Below are positions 43,822-52,761 of a stretch of DNA of 64,000 nt, piece by piece. Under the pieces are notes generated by a model. The model had not been told where the DNA came from and searched no databases. It was given only the letters and a program-made list of their open reading frames with translations. Both the position numbers and the translations under genes were made by a program. The DNA is from an uncultured delta proteobacterium (GTDB lineage Bacteria; Myxococcota_A; UBA9160; SZUA-336). The stretch is from assembly GCA_963704165.1 (NCBI GenBank), contig CAVPHD010000001.1, positions 608,001 to 672,000 of the forward strand, written 5' to 3'. Numbering within the stretch: position 1 is the first letter of the stretch; the number at the start of each line of letters is the position of its first letter.

Positions 43822-44828
43822 CGCGTGCCCGCCGAGACGAACGCGTCCACCCGCGCCCACTCGTCGAAGAGCCACTCGATGCGCGCCGCCCGCGCGACGG
43901 GGATCGACGCGCGCGGCACGCGCCGGACCCGCACGCGGATGATCCGCTCGTGCGCCCCGAGCCGCAGGATCTCCGCGGCGGTAGAGAGGTTCTCGAGCCC
44001 GGTGTGCGCGACGATGAGCACGTCCGCCGTCGGGTTCGCGTCGAGCAGCGCGAGAGTTCCGGCGCTGCGCGGCGGAAGCACCGAGCGGAGCGCCTGTGCG
44101 CGCGCCAACAACTCCGGTCGTTCCGATGCGGCGATCCGTGTCAGCGCGCGTTCGCGTTTCGCGCGCGTGAAGCGCGTGCCCTCGGGATAGATCAACACAC
44201 CCTCATCGGGCTCGAGATCGCGCGCGAGCGCCGCGATCGCGCCGACTTCGCTCTCGCCACTGCCGCGCCGGACGAATGCGTTGGGCAGACGTTGCCCGAC
44301 GATGTCGAGGCAGGGATCCCAAAGCAGTTCGCGCTTCAGCACGTAGCGCAGTCGGATCCCTCGGGCGGAGATCACGACGGCGGGCAGGAGTGTATCGGCG
44401 AGGCTCGCGTGTCGGATCAGCACGAGCACGGGGCCCGGCTTCACCGCATCCGCGCCCTCGACCGAAAGGCGCAGCCGCAGGATCCGACTCGCCGCGCGAA
44501 ACAGGCCGAGCGCCCACCAGTTCTGCAGGCTCCGATGCGCGGCCTGGTACCGCTCACCGGTTCGACCCGGCGCCGTGAGTCGCGCGAGCCAGAGCCCTCC
44601 CGCGACGCTCAGGCCCGCGAGCTCATAGGAGAGGAAGACGATTCCGAACACCCCCAGTCGGGCGCGCGCTCTGCGCTCGCCGCCGAGTCGATCCGAGAGC
44701 CAGAGCAGCGGTAGACCGACCGGTGCAAGCGCGACGGCGGCGAGCCAGAGGAGCGCATAGGCCGGGATCGTCAGGCTGCGCCGAAGCGCTCGAGTGCACC
44801 CGGCCTCTGCGACGATCGGCGCATTCAA
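43818..44828 (-). CDS. PlsC-like acyltransferase
   Basis: RHASLAD (HX4D), YVLKREL, IYPEGTRF, LPPR. Confidence 0.85.
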   Translation of the reverse strand: MNAPIVAEAGCTRALRRSLTIPAYALLWLAAVALAPVGLPLLWLSDRLGGERRARARLGVFGIVFLSYELAGLSVAGGLWLARLTAPGRTGERYQAAHRSLQNWWALGLFRAASRILRLRLSVEGADAVKPGPVLVLIRHASLADTLLPAVVISARGIRLRYVLKRELLWDPCLDIVGQRLPNAFVRRGSGESEVGAIAALARDLEPDEGVLIYPEGTRFTRAKRERALTRIAASERPELLARAQALRSVLPPRSAGTLALLDANPTADVLIVAHTGLENLSTAAEILRLGAHERIIRVRVRRVPRASIPVARAARIEWLFDEWARVDAFVSAGTR

Positions 44829-44992
44829 CGCCGCACATCGTGATTCGCTTCCATCGAACCACGCTCCCTGACGCCCCCCTCACGCCCAGCGTACCTCGTC
44901 GATCGAGTCGCGCCGAGCGGGACGCGGGTGCCGCGGAGCGAGTGGGGGAGAGGGGCTCGGCGGTCCCCGCGCCCCGCATCGGCGCGCAAGGT

Positions 44993-45030
44993 CTGCCGGA
45001 TGTCTAGATATTATCTAGACAAATATCAAG
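44993..45030. promoter_or_regulatory. CarH/LitR-type operator
   Basis: Perfect 10-bp inverted repeat TGTCTAGATA-T-TATCTAGACA (45001-45021); minus strand reads TTGATA/TAGATA/TAGACA/CAGAC at 11-12 bp spacing; AT-rich island upstream of the plsC operon. Confidence 0.7.
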
Positions 45031-45931
45031 TCGACTCGGCGCGCGCGGCCTCGGCCAGCAGTGCCAGCCGGGTGTCGAGTGCCGCGAGGTCGAGCACGGT
45101 GCGAACTCCGGTCGGTGGAGCGCCGAGTCGGGCGCTACCGGCGCCGCCGAGCCAGAGCTCGATCGATCGCGGCAGGCGGCGGCGCAGTGCCCGCACCTCG
45201 CCGGTCGCGCTGTGCGGATCGAGCGACACGATCCCGAGACCCACCGCGCGCGTGCGCACGCGCAGCGCGGCTTCTGCGATCTCGTCTGCGGGCAGATCGC
45301 AGCCGAGATAGACGACGCCCAAACCGTGCTCCTGCGCGCAGAGCGAGACCATCAGGATTCCGAGCTCGTGCAGCTCACCGGCCGGGGTCGCGAGCACCAG
45401 ACTGCACGCGTGCGCTCCACCCGGTGCGTGTCTCGCGCGCGAGAGCACTCCCCGCAGCGCCGCACTCGCGACGTGTTCCTCGTTCGGCCTGAGCGCCCCT
45501 CTCTCCCAGCGCGCGCCGATCTCCGAGAGCAGCGGCAGGGCGATCCGCTCCAAGAACGCGCGAAGGCCGAGCAGCGAGAGCTGCATCCCGAGCTGGCGCT
45601 CGAGCTCCGCAGCTTCGAGGCCCGACACCGCGTGAAGGATCTCCTCGAGGCTGGCGCTCGGCGCCGGACGTGTGCGCGCGAGGCGCTCGGCGAGATCCCC
45701 GTTCGAGCGCGCGACGGCGTCGCGAATCGGATCGCCCGCCGCGACCGAGGCCGCAAGCAAGCGCAGGCGCGCGATGTCGTCGGCGCTGTAGCGGCGTGTG
45801 CCGCCGGCCGATCGCGTGGGCACCACCGCGCCGTAGCGGCGTTCCCACGCGCGCAGAGCGTGCTCGGACAGGCCCGTCAGTCGGACCACCGCCGCGATCG
45901 GAAAGCCGCCGCTCACACCCCTGCGCGGCAC
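45026..45931 (-). CDS. carH: CarH/LitR-like MerR regulator with B12-binding domain
   Basis: MerR HTH LRAWERRYG..P.R..GGTRRY; W-x9-EH (WERGALRPNEEH) and ELHELG cobalamin motif. Confidence 0.85.
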   Translation of the reverse strand: MPRRGVSGGFPIAAVVRLTGLSEHALRAWERRYGAVVPTRSAGGTRRYSADDIARLRLLAASVAAGDPIRDAVARSNGDLAERLARTRPAPSASLEEILHAVSGLEAAELERQLGMQLSLLGLRAFLERIALPLLSEIGARWERGALRPNEEHVASAALRGVLSRARHAPGGAHACSLVLATPAGELHELGILMVSLCAQEHGLGVVYLGCDLPADEIAEAALRVRTRAVGLGIVSLDPHSATGEVRALRRRLPRSIELWLGGAGSARLGAPPTGVRTVLDLAALDTRLALLAEAARAEST

Positions 45932-45949
45932 GATCGCACCGTCGTGGAC

Positions 45950-46393
45950 TCAGGCATCTCGCATGCGCTCTCTGAAGTCCCAACTCGTGATGCGCTCCGG
46001 CGCGATCCGGATCGCGACCTCGGGCACGCGGCGCCCGAGCAGCCAGCGCGAGAACGCCGACGGATCGTTGCCCAGGTAGCGCTGCGCGAGTCGCCTCAGA
46101 ACCGCGTCGCCCTGGTCCGGGATCAGCGTCGCCCGACCCCGACCTCGCACTCCGAAGTACGGCCGCTCGTTCGGCGCGATCTCGAAGGCGCAGCGCGGCT
46201 CGCGCGCGAGCCAAGCGGCTGCGCGCGCGGCCGCCGGCGTCGCGCACCAGAGTGCGGAGTCCTCGAACTCGAACCAGAGCGAGAAGACGCTCGGCCAGTT
46301 CGCGTCGTCCAGGCACCCCAGCCGGACGGGAATCACGCTCCGCTCCAGATGTCGCACCACCTGTTCCTCGTCCCAAGGGCCGTTCAATCGCAT
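45950..46393 (-). CDS. Pyridoxamine 5'-phosphate oxidase-like split-barrel protein
   Basis: IPVRLGC..P..SLWF, PYFGVRGRG, RITSWDF; GAGGAG RBS. Confidence 0.8.
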   Translation of the reverse strand: MRLNGPWDEEQVVRHLERSVIPVRLGCLDDANWPSVFSLWFEFEDSALWCATPAAARAAAWLAREPRCAFEIAPNERPYFGVRGRGRATLIPDQGDAVLRRLAQRYLGNDPSAFSRWLLGRRVPEVAIRIAPERITSWDFRERMRDA

Positions 46394-46431
46394 CGTTTCG
46401 GGCTCCTCGTTGCAGCGCTCCGCGTCCGAGC

Positions 46432-46454
46432 ATAGCCAGATTTTGTCTAGACGT
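46432..46454 (-). promoter_or_regulatory. Second CarH-like site upstream of the PNPOx-carH unit
   Basis: Minus strand CGTCTAGACAAAATCTGGCTAT: same TCTAGACA core plus a degenerate copy 11 bp on. Confidence 0.5.
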
Positions 46455-46537
46455 GTGCGTCCCGGACGGTGCGCCTCTCGTCCTCGGAGCGCGACGCGGT
46501 ACACTGCAGAACTGCACGAGGAGGAGATCGAAGAATC

Positions 46538-46906
46538 ATGAGTGACGCGCGACGTGTGGTCGGAGAGCTTTCAGTCGACGCAAAGAACCTCTACCGCGAG
46601 GAGAGCTACACCGATCTGAAGGTCGCGTCGCTCAAGCGCCTCGTGCCGGTCACGGCGACCGGAGAGCCCGACCCGAGCCGGGAGACTCGCTGGATCGCGC
46701 AGACCCAGCTCATGTCGCAGGTCGGCCCGGTGCCGGTCTCGTGCCTGATCGAAGCCGCCACGCTGCAGGAAGCGATCGCGAAGTTCCCCGACGCCGTCGG
46801 CCGTGCGGTCGAGGAGATGATCGAAGAAGCGCGCGAGCTCCAGCGCAACGAGGCATCGCGGATCGTCGTCCCGGATGCCGCCTCGATGCGAAAGATCATC
46901 AGCTGA
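46538..46906 (+). CDS. Conserved hypothetical cytoplasmic protein
   Basis: NLYREESYTDLKVASLKRLVPV..SRIVVP; GAGGAGGAG RBS. Confidence 0.8.
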   Translation: MSDARRVVGELSVDAKNLYREESYTDLKVASLKRLVPVTATGEPDPSRETRWIAQTQLMSQVGPVPVSCLIEAATLQEAIAKFPDAVGRAVEEMIEEARELQRNEASRIVVPDAASMRKIIS

Positions 46907-46911
46907 ACGCC

Positions 46912-47241
46912 ATGGTTCTCGCACGCAGCCGCCACGCACTCGCTCTGTTCGCCTGCGTGACTCTGCTCACGGCCTGCATGAACGTCGGTCGGCCATTTCC
47001 GACCGAAGCGGTCGGCCGGATCCAGATGGGACAGACCACACGCGACGAGATCCACCGGATGTTCGGCGAGCCGTGGCGCGCGGGCGTCGAGGACGGGCGG
47101 CGTACCTGGACCTACGGGCACTACCGCTACAAGCTCTTCGGGACGACCGAGACACGCGACCTCGTGGTCCGCTTCGACGCCAAGGGCGTCGTCGTCTCGT
47201 ACACGTTCAACGCCGCGCCGCCGCTCGCGGGCAGCCTCTAG
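46912..47241 (+). CDS. BamE/SmpA-domain lipoprotein
   Basis: Lipobox LTAC; IQMGQTTRDEI..FGEP, WTY, FDAKGVV. Confidence 0.8.
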   Translation: MVLARSRHALALFACVTLLTACMNVGRPFPTEAVGRIQMGQTTRDEIHRMFGEPWRAGVEDGRRTWTYGHYRYKLFGTTETRDLVVRFDAKGVVVSYTFNAAPPLAGSL

Positions 47242-48080
47242 CGCCGACCGAGCTGCTCGAGCGCCTTCTCGACGGAGCCACCCGCGGCGTCGAGCGCGCG
47301 CTCCGCCTCGGTGGGTGAGACGCCCGCGAGCTCGCACAGGATGCGCACGCCGCGCTCCTGCAGTTTGGTGTTCACGGCGCGCAGTCCCGTCATCAGGTTT
47401 CCCTGGACCCGGCCGAGCTTCACCATGACGGCGGTCGAGAGCGTGTGAAGGATCATCTTCTCGGCGAGCCCGCCCTTCATCCGCGTCGAGCCCGCGATCA
47501 CCTCGGGACCCACGACGGCGACGATCGCGATCTCGGCGCTCGATGCGAGCGGCGAATCGGGCACGCAGGTGATCCCGATCGTGCGCGCGCCGACGCGCCG
47601 AGCGTGCTCGATCCCGGCGAGCGCGTACGGTGTGCGACCGCTCGCCGAGAGCGCGACCAGCGCATCGCCGCTGCACAGCGTGAGCTTCTCGAGGTCGCGC
47701 ACCGCCGCTCCGACATCGTCCTCCGCGCCTTCGACCGCGCCGGTCAGCGCCCTCGAACCGCCGGCGATCAGCGCCTGCACGCGATCCGGCGCGAGGCCGA
47801 AGGTCGGCGGGATCTCGGCCGCATCCAGCGCCCCGATCCGGCCGCTCGTTCCAGCGCCGAGGTTGATCCAGCGTCCGCCGGCCTCGAGCGTCTCGACCAG
47901 GGCCTGGCAGCCGCGTTCGAGCGCGGGACGGATCTCGCGCACGGCGACCGAGACGCGCGCATCCTCGTCCAGGATGCGTGCGACGAGCTCGGAGATCGAC
48001 AGGCGGTCGAGATCGCGCGTGTTCGGATTGGGCGCCTCGGTCACCGGTCCCGCAGGTGCGGGCTTCTTCGCATCCGCCAT
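47238..48080 (-). CDS. murQ: N-acetylmuramic acid 6-phosphate etherase
   Basis: GAGTSGRIGALDAAE, VEGAED, ASGRTPY, GPEVIAGSTRMK. Confidence 0.93.
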   Translation of the reverse strand: MADAKKPAPAGPVTEAPNPNTRDLDRLSISELVARILDEDARVSVAVREIRPALERGCQALVETLEAGGRWINLGAGTSGRIGALDAAEIPPTFGLAPDRVQALIAGGSRALTGAVEGAEDDVGAAVRDLEKLTLCSGDALVALSASGRTPYALAGIEHARRVGARTIGITCVPDSPLASSAEIAIVAVVGPEVIAGSTRMKGGLAEKMILHTLSTAVMVKLGRVQGNLMTGLRAVNTKLQERGVRILCELAGVSPTEAERALDAAGGSVEKALEQLGRR

Positions 48081-48095
48081 CTAGAATCCCGATCC

Positions 48096-50513
48096 GTGGG
48101 CTTCCGCTGCGATCCCGCGACCCTGGCGCGTCTCGAGTGGCAGCGTCTGCTCGATTGTCTCGCCGCCCAAGCTGCGACCGCGCGCGGCGCCGAATCGCTG
48201 CGCGCCGGTACCTTCGCCGCTACGCACGGAAGTGTACGCGAGCGGCTCGCGGAGACCAGCGAGGCGAGGGAGCTCGTCGATCTGGGACGCGAGCCGGGCT
48301 TCGGCGGCGTCGCCGACCTGCGCGCCGAGATCAGCGATCTCGCACGCGGACGCACGCTTCACGCGGGCGAGCTCGCGAAGCTCCTCGCGACGCTCGAGGC
48401 CTCGCGGCGCGTCCGCGAATCGCTCACGGCGAGTGCCGCGATCGCCCCGCGCCTCGCATCGCTCGCCGGTACGCTTCCCGATCTGCGCGCGCTCGAACAC
48501 TCGATCGCGCGCGTCATCACGCCCGCGGGCGAGATCCGCGAGGACGCGAGCCCGGACCTGCGCCGACTGCGCCGCCACGTCCGCGATCTCGAGGGCGAGA
48601 TCGAGCGCCAGATGGCCCGACACCTGCGGGATCCCGAGCTGCAGGCGCATTTCCAGGACTCCTACTCGACGTTCCGTGAGGGCCGGCCGGTTCTGCCCGT
48701 TCGCGTCGATGCGCGCCAGCGGGTGCGAGGGATCGTACACGACGTCTCATCGAGCGGAACGACGGTCTTCATTGAGCCGGCCGAGGTGGTCGAGGTCGGC
48801 AATCGCCTGCGTCTCGCGCAGACCGAGCTCACGCGTGAAATCGAGCGACTCCTGCGCGAGCTCTGCGAGTCGGCGCGTGCGTGCCGGCTCGAGCTCGAGG
48901 GCATGGGCGCCACGCTCGAGGCGCTCGACGTCGCGCTCGCGCGCGGGCGTCTGTCGCGGAAGTCGCTCGGAGTCGCGCCCGACGTATCGCCGGACGCGGA
49001 GCTCGACCTGCGCGGATTTCGCCACCCACTGCTCCTGCTCGAAACCGGGCTCGCGCCCGAGGACGTCGTTCCGAACGACCTCGCGCTCGTCGGTGGCGCG
49101 CGCTGTCTCGTCATCTCGGGACCGAATGCGGGCGGGAAGACCGTCGCGGCCAAGGCCGTCGGCCTCGCCGTCCTCTCGATCCGGGCCGGCCTGCACGTCG
49201 CCTGCGATCCGGGCAGCCGCGTGCCGATTCTCGACGCCGTCTTCGCGGACATCGGCGACGAGCAGGACCTGCGCTCGGGGCTCTCGACCTTCTCGGCGCG
49301 GATGGCGAACCTCGCTTCGATCGTCGAGCAAGCGGATGCGCGGACGCTCGTGATCGCCGACGAGATCGGTGAGGGAACCGAGCCCGGCGAGGGTGCCGCG
49401 CTCGCGCAGGCGATCCTCGAAGCGCTCGTCGCGAAGGGCACCTTCGTGCTCGCGACCACGCACTTCAACCGGCTGAAGGAGTTGGCGGGCGCCGAATCCG
49501 CGTTCCTGAATGCGAGTGCCGAGTTCGACTTCACCACGCTGCTTCCCACGTTCAAGATCCACCAGGGTCAGCCGGGCTCGAGCGGCGCGATGTGGGCAGC
49601 CCAGCGAATGGGGCTGGCCGATCCCGTGGTCGAACGCGCGCGCGAGCTCCTCGATCGCGAGGACTCGCGCCTCGAGGCGCTCACGCGCGGCCTCTCGGAG
49701 CTGCGCCAGGAGCTCGAGTCGGAGAGGATCGAGGCGCTCCGCATGCGCGCAGAGAGCGAGACCGTGCGCGCCGCCTACGAATCCCGACTCGCGTCGCTGC
49801 GAAGCGCCCGAGAGCAGGCGCTCGCGGCGATGAAGGCGGATCTCGAGAGCGCGTTTGCGCGCGCGCGCGCCGAGATCGCGCACGTGGTTCACGGGTTGCA
49901 ACGCGGTGACGGCGCGGCGTCGCCGGAACGCGGTCGCGCAGCCAACGCCGCGCAGAAGGCACTCGGGCGGATTCGCGAGCGAACCGCCTCCGTCGAGCGC
50001 GCGCACGCGGAGGAGCCAGCTCCCGGCCCGCCGCAGGAGGTCGATCTCGGAGCGCTCGTGACCGGCGTCCGCGTGGAGATCGCCGGGATCGGCGGCACGG
50101 CCGTCGTCATCGAGGCACCCGATCGCCGCGGTCGAGTGGCGGTGCGAATCGGCGGCGTGCGGACGGTCGTCCCTGCCGCGCGGATCGCGCGCGTGTTCGC
50201 GGAGCCGACGGGTCCGGAGCGGACGCCGCTGCGGATATCGGTCGAGCGCGCGAACGAAGACGAGCCGAGCCGGATCGACTGCGATCTCCGCGGGATGCGC
50301 GTCGACGAAGCGATGGAGCGCGCCGACTCCGCGCTGCAGCGGCTGCTCGGACGCGGCGGCGGACGCGTCGTCTTCATCCACGGACACGGAACGGGCGCAT
50401 TGCGAAACGCGATCCGCGCGTGGCTGCGGCTCGCGCCCGGCGTCGAGAGCTTCGCGCCCGGCGAACCGCGCGAGGGCGGAAACGGCGTGACCGTCGCTAC
50501 GATCGCGGACTGA
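48096..50513 (+). CDS. mutS2: Endonuclease MutS2
   Basis: GIVHDVSSSGTTVFIEP, GPNAGGKT, DIGDEQ..LSTFS, Smr domain DLRG..IHGHGTGALR. Confidence 0.93.
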   Translation: MGFRCDPATLARLEWQRLLDCLAAQAATARGAESLRAGTFAATHGSVRERLAETSEARELVDLGREPGFGGVADLRAEISDLARGRTLHAGELAKLLATLEASRRVRESLTASAAIAPRLASLAGTLPDLRALEHSIARVITPAGEIREDASPDLRRLRRHVRDLEGEIERQMARHLRDPELQAHFQDSYSTFREGRPVLPVRVDARQRVRGIVHDVSSSGTTVFIEPAEVVEVGNRLRLAQTELTREIERLLRELCESARACRLELEGMGATLEALDVALARGRLSRKSLGVAPDVSPDAELDLRGFRHPLLLLETGLAPEDVVPNDLALVGGARCLVISGPNAGGKTVAAKAVGLAVLSIRAGLHVACDPGSRVPILDAVFADIGDEQDLRSGLSTFSARMANLASIVEQADARTLVIADEIGEGTEPGEGAALAQAILEALVAKGTFVLATTHFNRLKELAGAESAFLNASAEFDFTTLLPTFKIHQGQPGSSGAMWAAQRMGLADPVVERARELLDREDSRLEALTRGLSELRQELESERIEALRMRAESETVRAAYESRLASLRSAREQALAAMKADLESAFARARAEIAHVVHGLQRGDGAASPERGRAANAAQKALGRIRERTASVERAHAEEPAPGPPQEVDLGALVTGVRVEIAGIGGTAVVIEAPDRRGRVAVRIGGVRTVVPAARIARVFAEPTGPERTPLRISVERANEDEPSRIDCDLRGMRVDEAMERADSALQRLLGRGGGRVVFIHGHGTGALRNAIRAWLRLAPGVESFAPGEPREGGNGVTVATIAD

Positions 50514-51792
50514 GCGAGCAGACCTCGGCCGCCGCTCGCAGCCCGGACGCGAGCGCGCCTTCGACGTGCGGCGCAACGAGCCAATCGCCGGCGAGAAAGA
50601 CCCGCCGCTCGGGCCTCTGGCTCGCCGCCGTACGAAGGCTCTCGAGCGCGCGGTAGTGGCCGACCGAGAACGACGGGAGCGATTCGGGGAAGCGATGCAA
50701 GCGCTGCGCATCGATCCCGCGGGCGAGGCCGGGAATCACGCGAGCGGCGGACTCGATCAGGAAGTGCGCGATCTCGTCGTCGGACCGAGCACCGTGACGC
50801 GCGTGCAGGCTCGGGCGCGCGACGAGCTGCAGGAGCCGCGGACTCGACGGCTCCGCGGGCGTTGCATCGATCACTCCCGCGAGCTCGCCGCCTTCGCGTT
50901 CGGGAACGCAGACCACGCGGGCGGGCGGATCGACACCGAGTCGTGTCGCGAGCGCGAGCACCAGGGCGGAGCCGGTTCCGAGACCCGCCGCGGCTGAACG
51001 CTCGACGGGCGAGGGCTCGGGCCACAAACGCATCGCCTCGGACGAGCCGACCGCGAGCACGATCGCGTCCGCCGCCAAGCGCTCGCCGCTCGCGAGCCGA
51101 GCACCGCACCCGTCGGCGTCGAGCGAGATGACGCTTTCGCCGAACCGGATCCCGGCAACGCGATCGGCGAGCGCATCGACGAGTGCGGAGGCACCCCGGA
51201 GCTGATCGAGTCCGATGCACGCGCGCCCGTCGAAGAGCGAGAACAAGAGCTGCCGGCTCGTCCGTGCGGCATCGACGCCGAAGATCGTCGCGACGAGCGG
51301 CGCGAGAAATCGCTCGAGCACACGACGTCCGAGGTACACGCGAGAGAAGTCGGCGACGCTGCGATCGTCGAGCCGCGTCGCGCGCTCGGGCGCATCCGGA
51401 TCGATCTCGGAGCCGAGCCAGCTCTGCAGCAGAGCCAGTCGGCGCAGTCGGGGCGCCGCCAGTGGCGAGCCGCGCATCCGCTCGTAGAGGTCCGTCGATC
51501 CAGTCCGCACGCGGCCCTCGCGAAGCCAGCCGACGCGTGCGAGCGGCGTGCGATCGAGAGCGAGGCCGAGCTCGGCTGCGAGCGCCGAGCACGCGCGGGA
51601 AGCTCGCGGCAGGAAGCCCGGCCATGCCTCGTAGGCGACGCCGGCGAGCGTGTCTCGCGCGTGCTTGCCACCCGCGCGCGCGCTTGCCTCGAGCACGCAG
51701 ACGTCATGGCCCGAAGCGCGCAGCCGTTCCGCGGCCGCGAGACCCGCGAGCCCCGCGCCGACGACGAGCACACGGAGGCTCGCTGCGCTCAT
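50497..51792 (-). CDS. FAD-dependent oxidoreductase (protoporphyrinogen/amine oxidase-like)
   Basis: VVGAGLAGLAAA..LEAS..AGG; C-terminal LAGDW..VEGALASG. Confidence 0.8.
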   Translation of the reverse strand: MSAASLRVLVVGAGLAGLAAAERLRASGHDVCVLEASARAGGKHARDTLAGVAYEAWPGFLPRASRACSALAAELGLALDRTPLARVGWLREGRVRTGSTDLYERMRGSPLAAPRLRRLALLQSWLGSEIDPDAPERATRLDDRSVADFSRVYLGRRVLERFLAPLVATIFGVDAARTSRQLLFSLFDGRACIGLDQLRGASALVDALADRVAGIRFGESVISLDADGCGARLASGERLAADAIVLAVGSSEAMRLWPEPSPVERSAAAGLGTGSALVLALATRLGVDPPARVVCVPEREGGELAGVIDATPAEPSSPRLLQLVARPSLHARHGARSDDEIAHFLIESAARVIPGLARGIDAQRLHRFPESLPSFSVGHYRALESLRTAASQRPERRVFLAGDWLVAPHVEGALASGLRAAAEVCSLSPRS

Positions 51793-51825
51793 CGCCGCGT
51801 CGAACTCCGCCCGAACCCCACGCGC

Positions 51826-52362
51826 TCAGGCGGGCGCGAGCGATACATCGACGTCGAGCCGCCCGCCGCTCTCTTCGAGCGCCTTCGCGAGCCGGGCCGG
51901 GTCGAGCGACTGCGGCACCTCCGCCAACACGTTCAAGCGATAGAGCGCGGCTCCGGAAGGAGAGGGCACGGAGCTCGACCGCAGGTCGGCGATGTTCACC
52001 TGGAAGTTGGCGAGCGTCCGACAGATCCCCGCCACGATCCCCGCGCGGTCCATGCCCTGCGCCTCGATCGCGTAGAGCCGCGTACCGGGTGCCGGAACCG
52101 GCGGACGTGGCTCGCCTTCGAGCGGTCGCACGAAGACGGTGAGCCGGTTCTCCCACTCGAGCCGCCGTCCACCGCTCGTCAAGCGCTGCTCGAGCTCTGG
52201 CGATGGCCCCGAGCAGAGAAGGATCGCGGCGAACTCGTTGCCGAGAAGCGTCATCCGCGAGTCTTCGAGGTTCGCCTCGCAGTCGAAGACGAGCTGGGCG
52301 AGATCCGCGACGATGCCCGGCCGATCGCGCCCTACGGCCGAGACGATGAACCACTTCCGCAC
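51826..52362 (-). CDS. GcvR-like tandem ACT-domain protein
   Basis: GRDRPGIVA..NLEDSRM; second ACT GMDRAGIVA..NIADL. Confidence 0.85.
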   Translation of the reverse strand: MRKWFIVSAVGRDRPGIVADLAQLVFDCEANLEDSRMTLLGNEFAAILLCSGPSPELEQRLTSGGRRLEWENRLTVFVRPLEGEPRPPVPAPGTRLYAIEAQGMDRAGIVAGICRTLANFQVNIADLRSSSVPSPSGAALYRLNVLAEVPQSLDPARLAKALEESGGRLDVDVSLAPA

Positions 52363-52470
52363 GCGCGTTCTCCCGTGTTCGAGTCGAGGGCGATTGTACG
52401 TTACGGCGCGTGCGGTGACGCGCATCGTCCCCGGAAGCCGCAAAAAGGGGCCTTGTTGCGTATCGCACAC

Positions 52471-52687
52471 AGGTCATTTGCGAGCGGGTGACCTCGGGGT
52501 CCGGCCGCGTGTCGGATCGTTCTCTCGCAGGATCCGCAGGCTCCCTCGGGAGCTGCGCGCGCGATCCGCCTTGGCACATCGATTGCTCAACCAAGGGGTG
52601 CCCGCGGCTCGTTGCCTCGGGCATGGGAGTGCCCGGGCCGGAAACCCCTCCCCTCGCACTGTGCGAGGTTCCGGCCCGGGCTTTCTC
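52471..52687 (+). ncRNA. Candidate structured ncRNA / cis-regulatory leader
   Basis: Five or six consecutive hairpins in an intergenic gap, with G-U pairs favouring the + strand, ending in a 13-bp GC stem plus pyrimidine tail. Confidence 0.5.
52631..52687 (+). terminator. Intrinsic-terminator-like hairpin
   Basis: GCCCGGGCCGGAA..TTCCGGCCCGGGC perfect 13-bp arms with inner CCTCGCAC/GTGCGAGG, followed by TTTCTC (short U tract). Confidence 0.55.
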
Positions 52688-52761
52688 ACCTCAAGAGGTC
52701 CGGGGCGCGCGAATCCACGCGCGCTCTCGACCTGCGAGCTCGAAGTGCCGAACCTGTAGGG

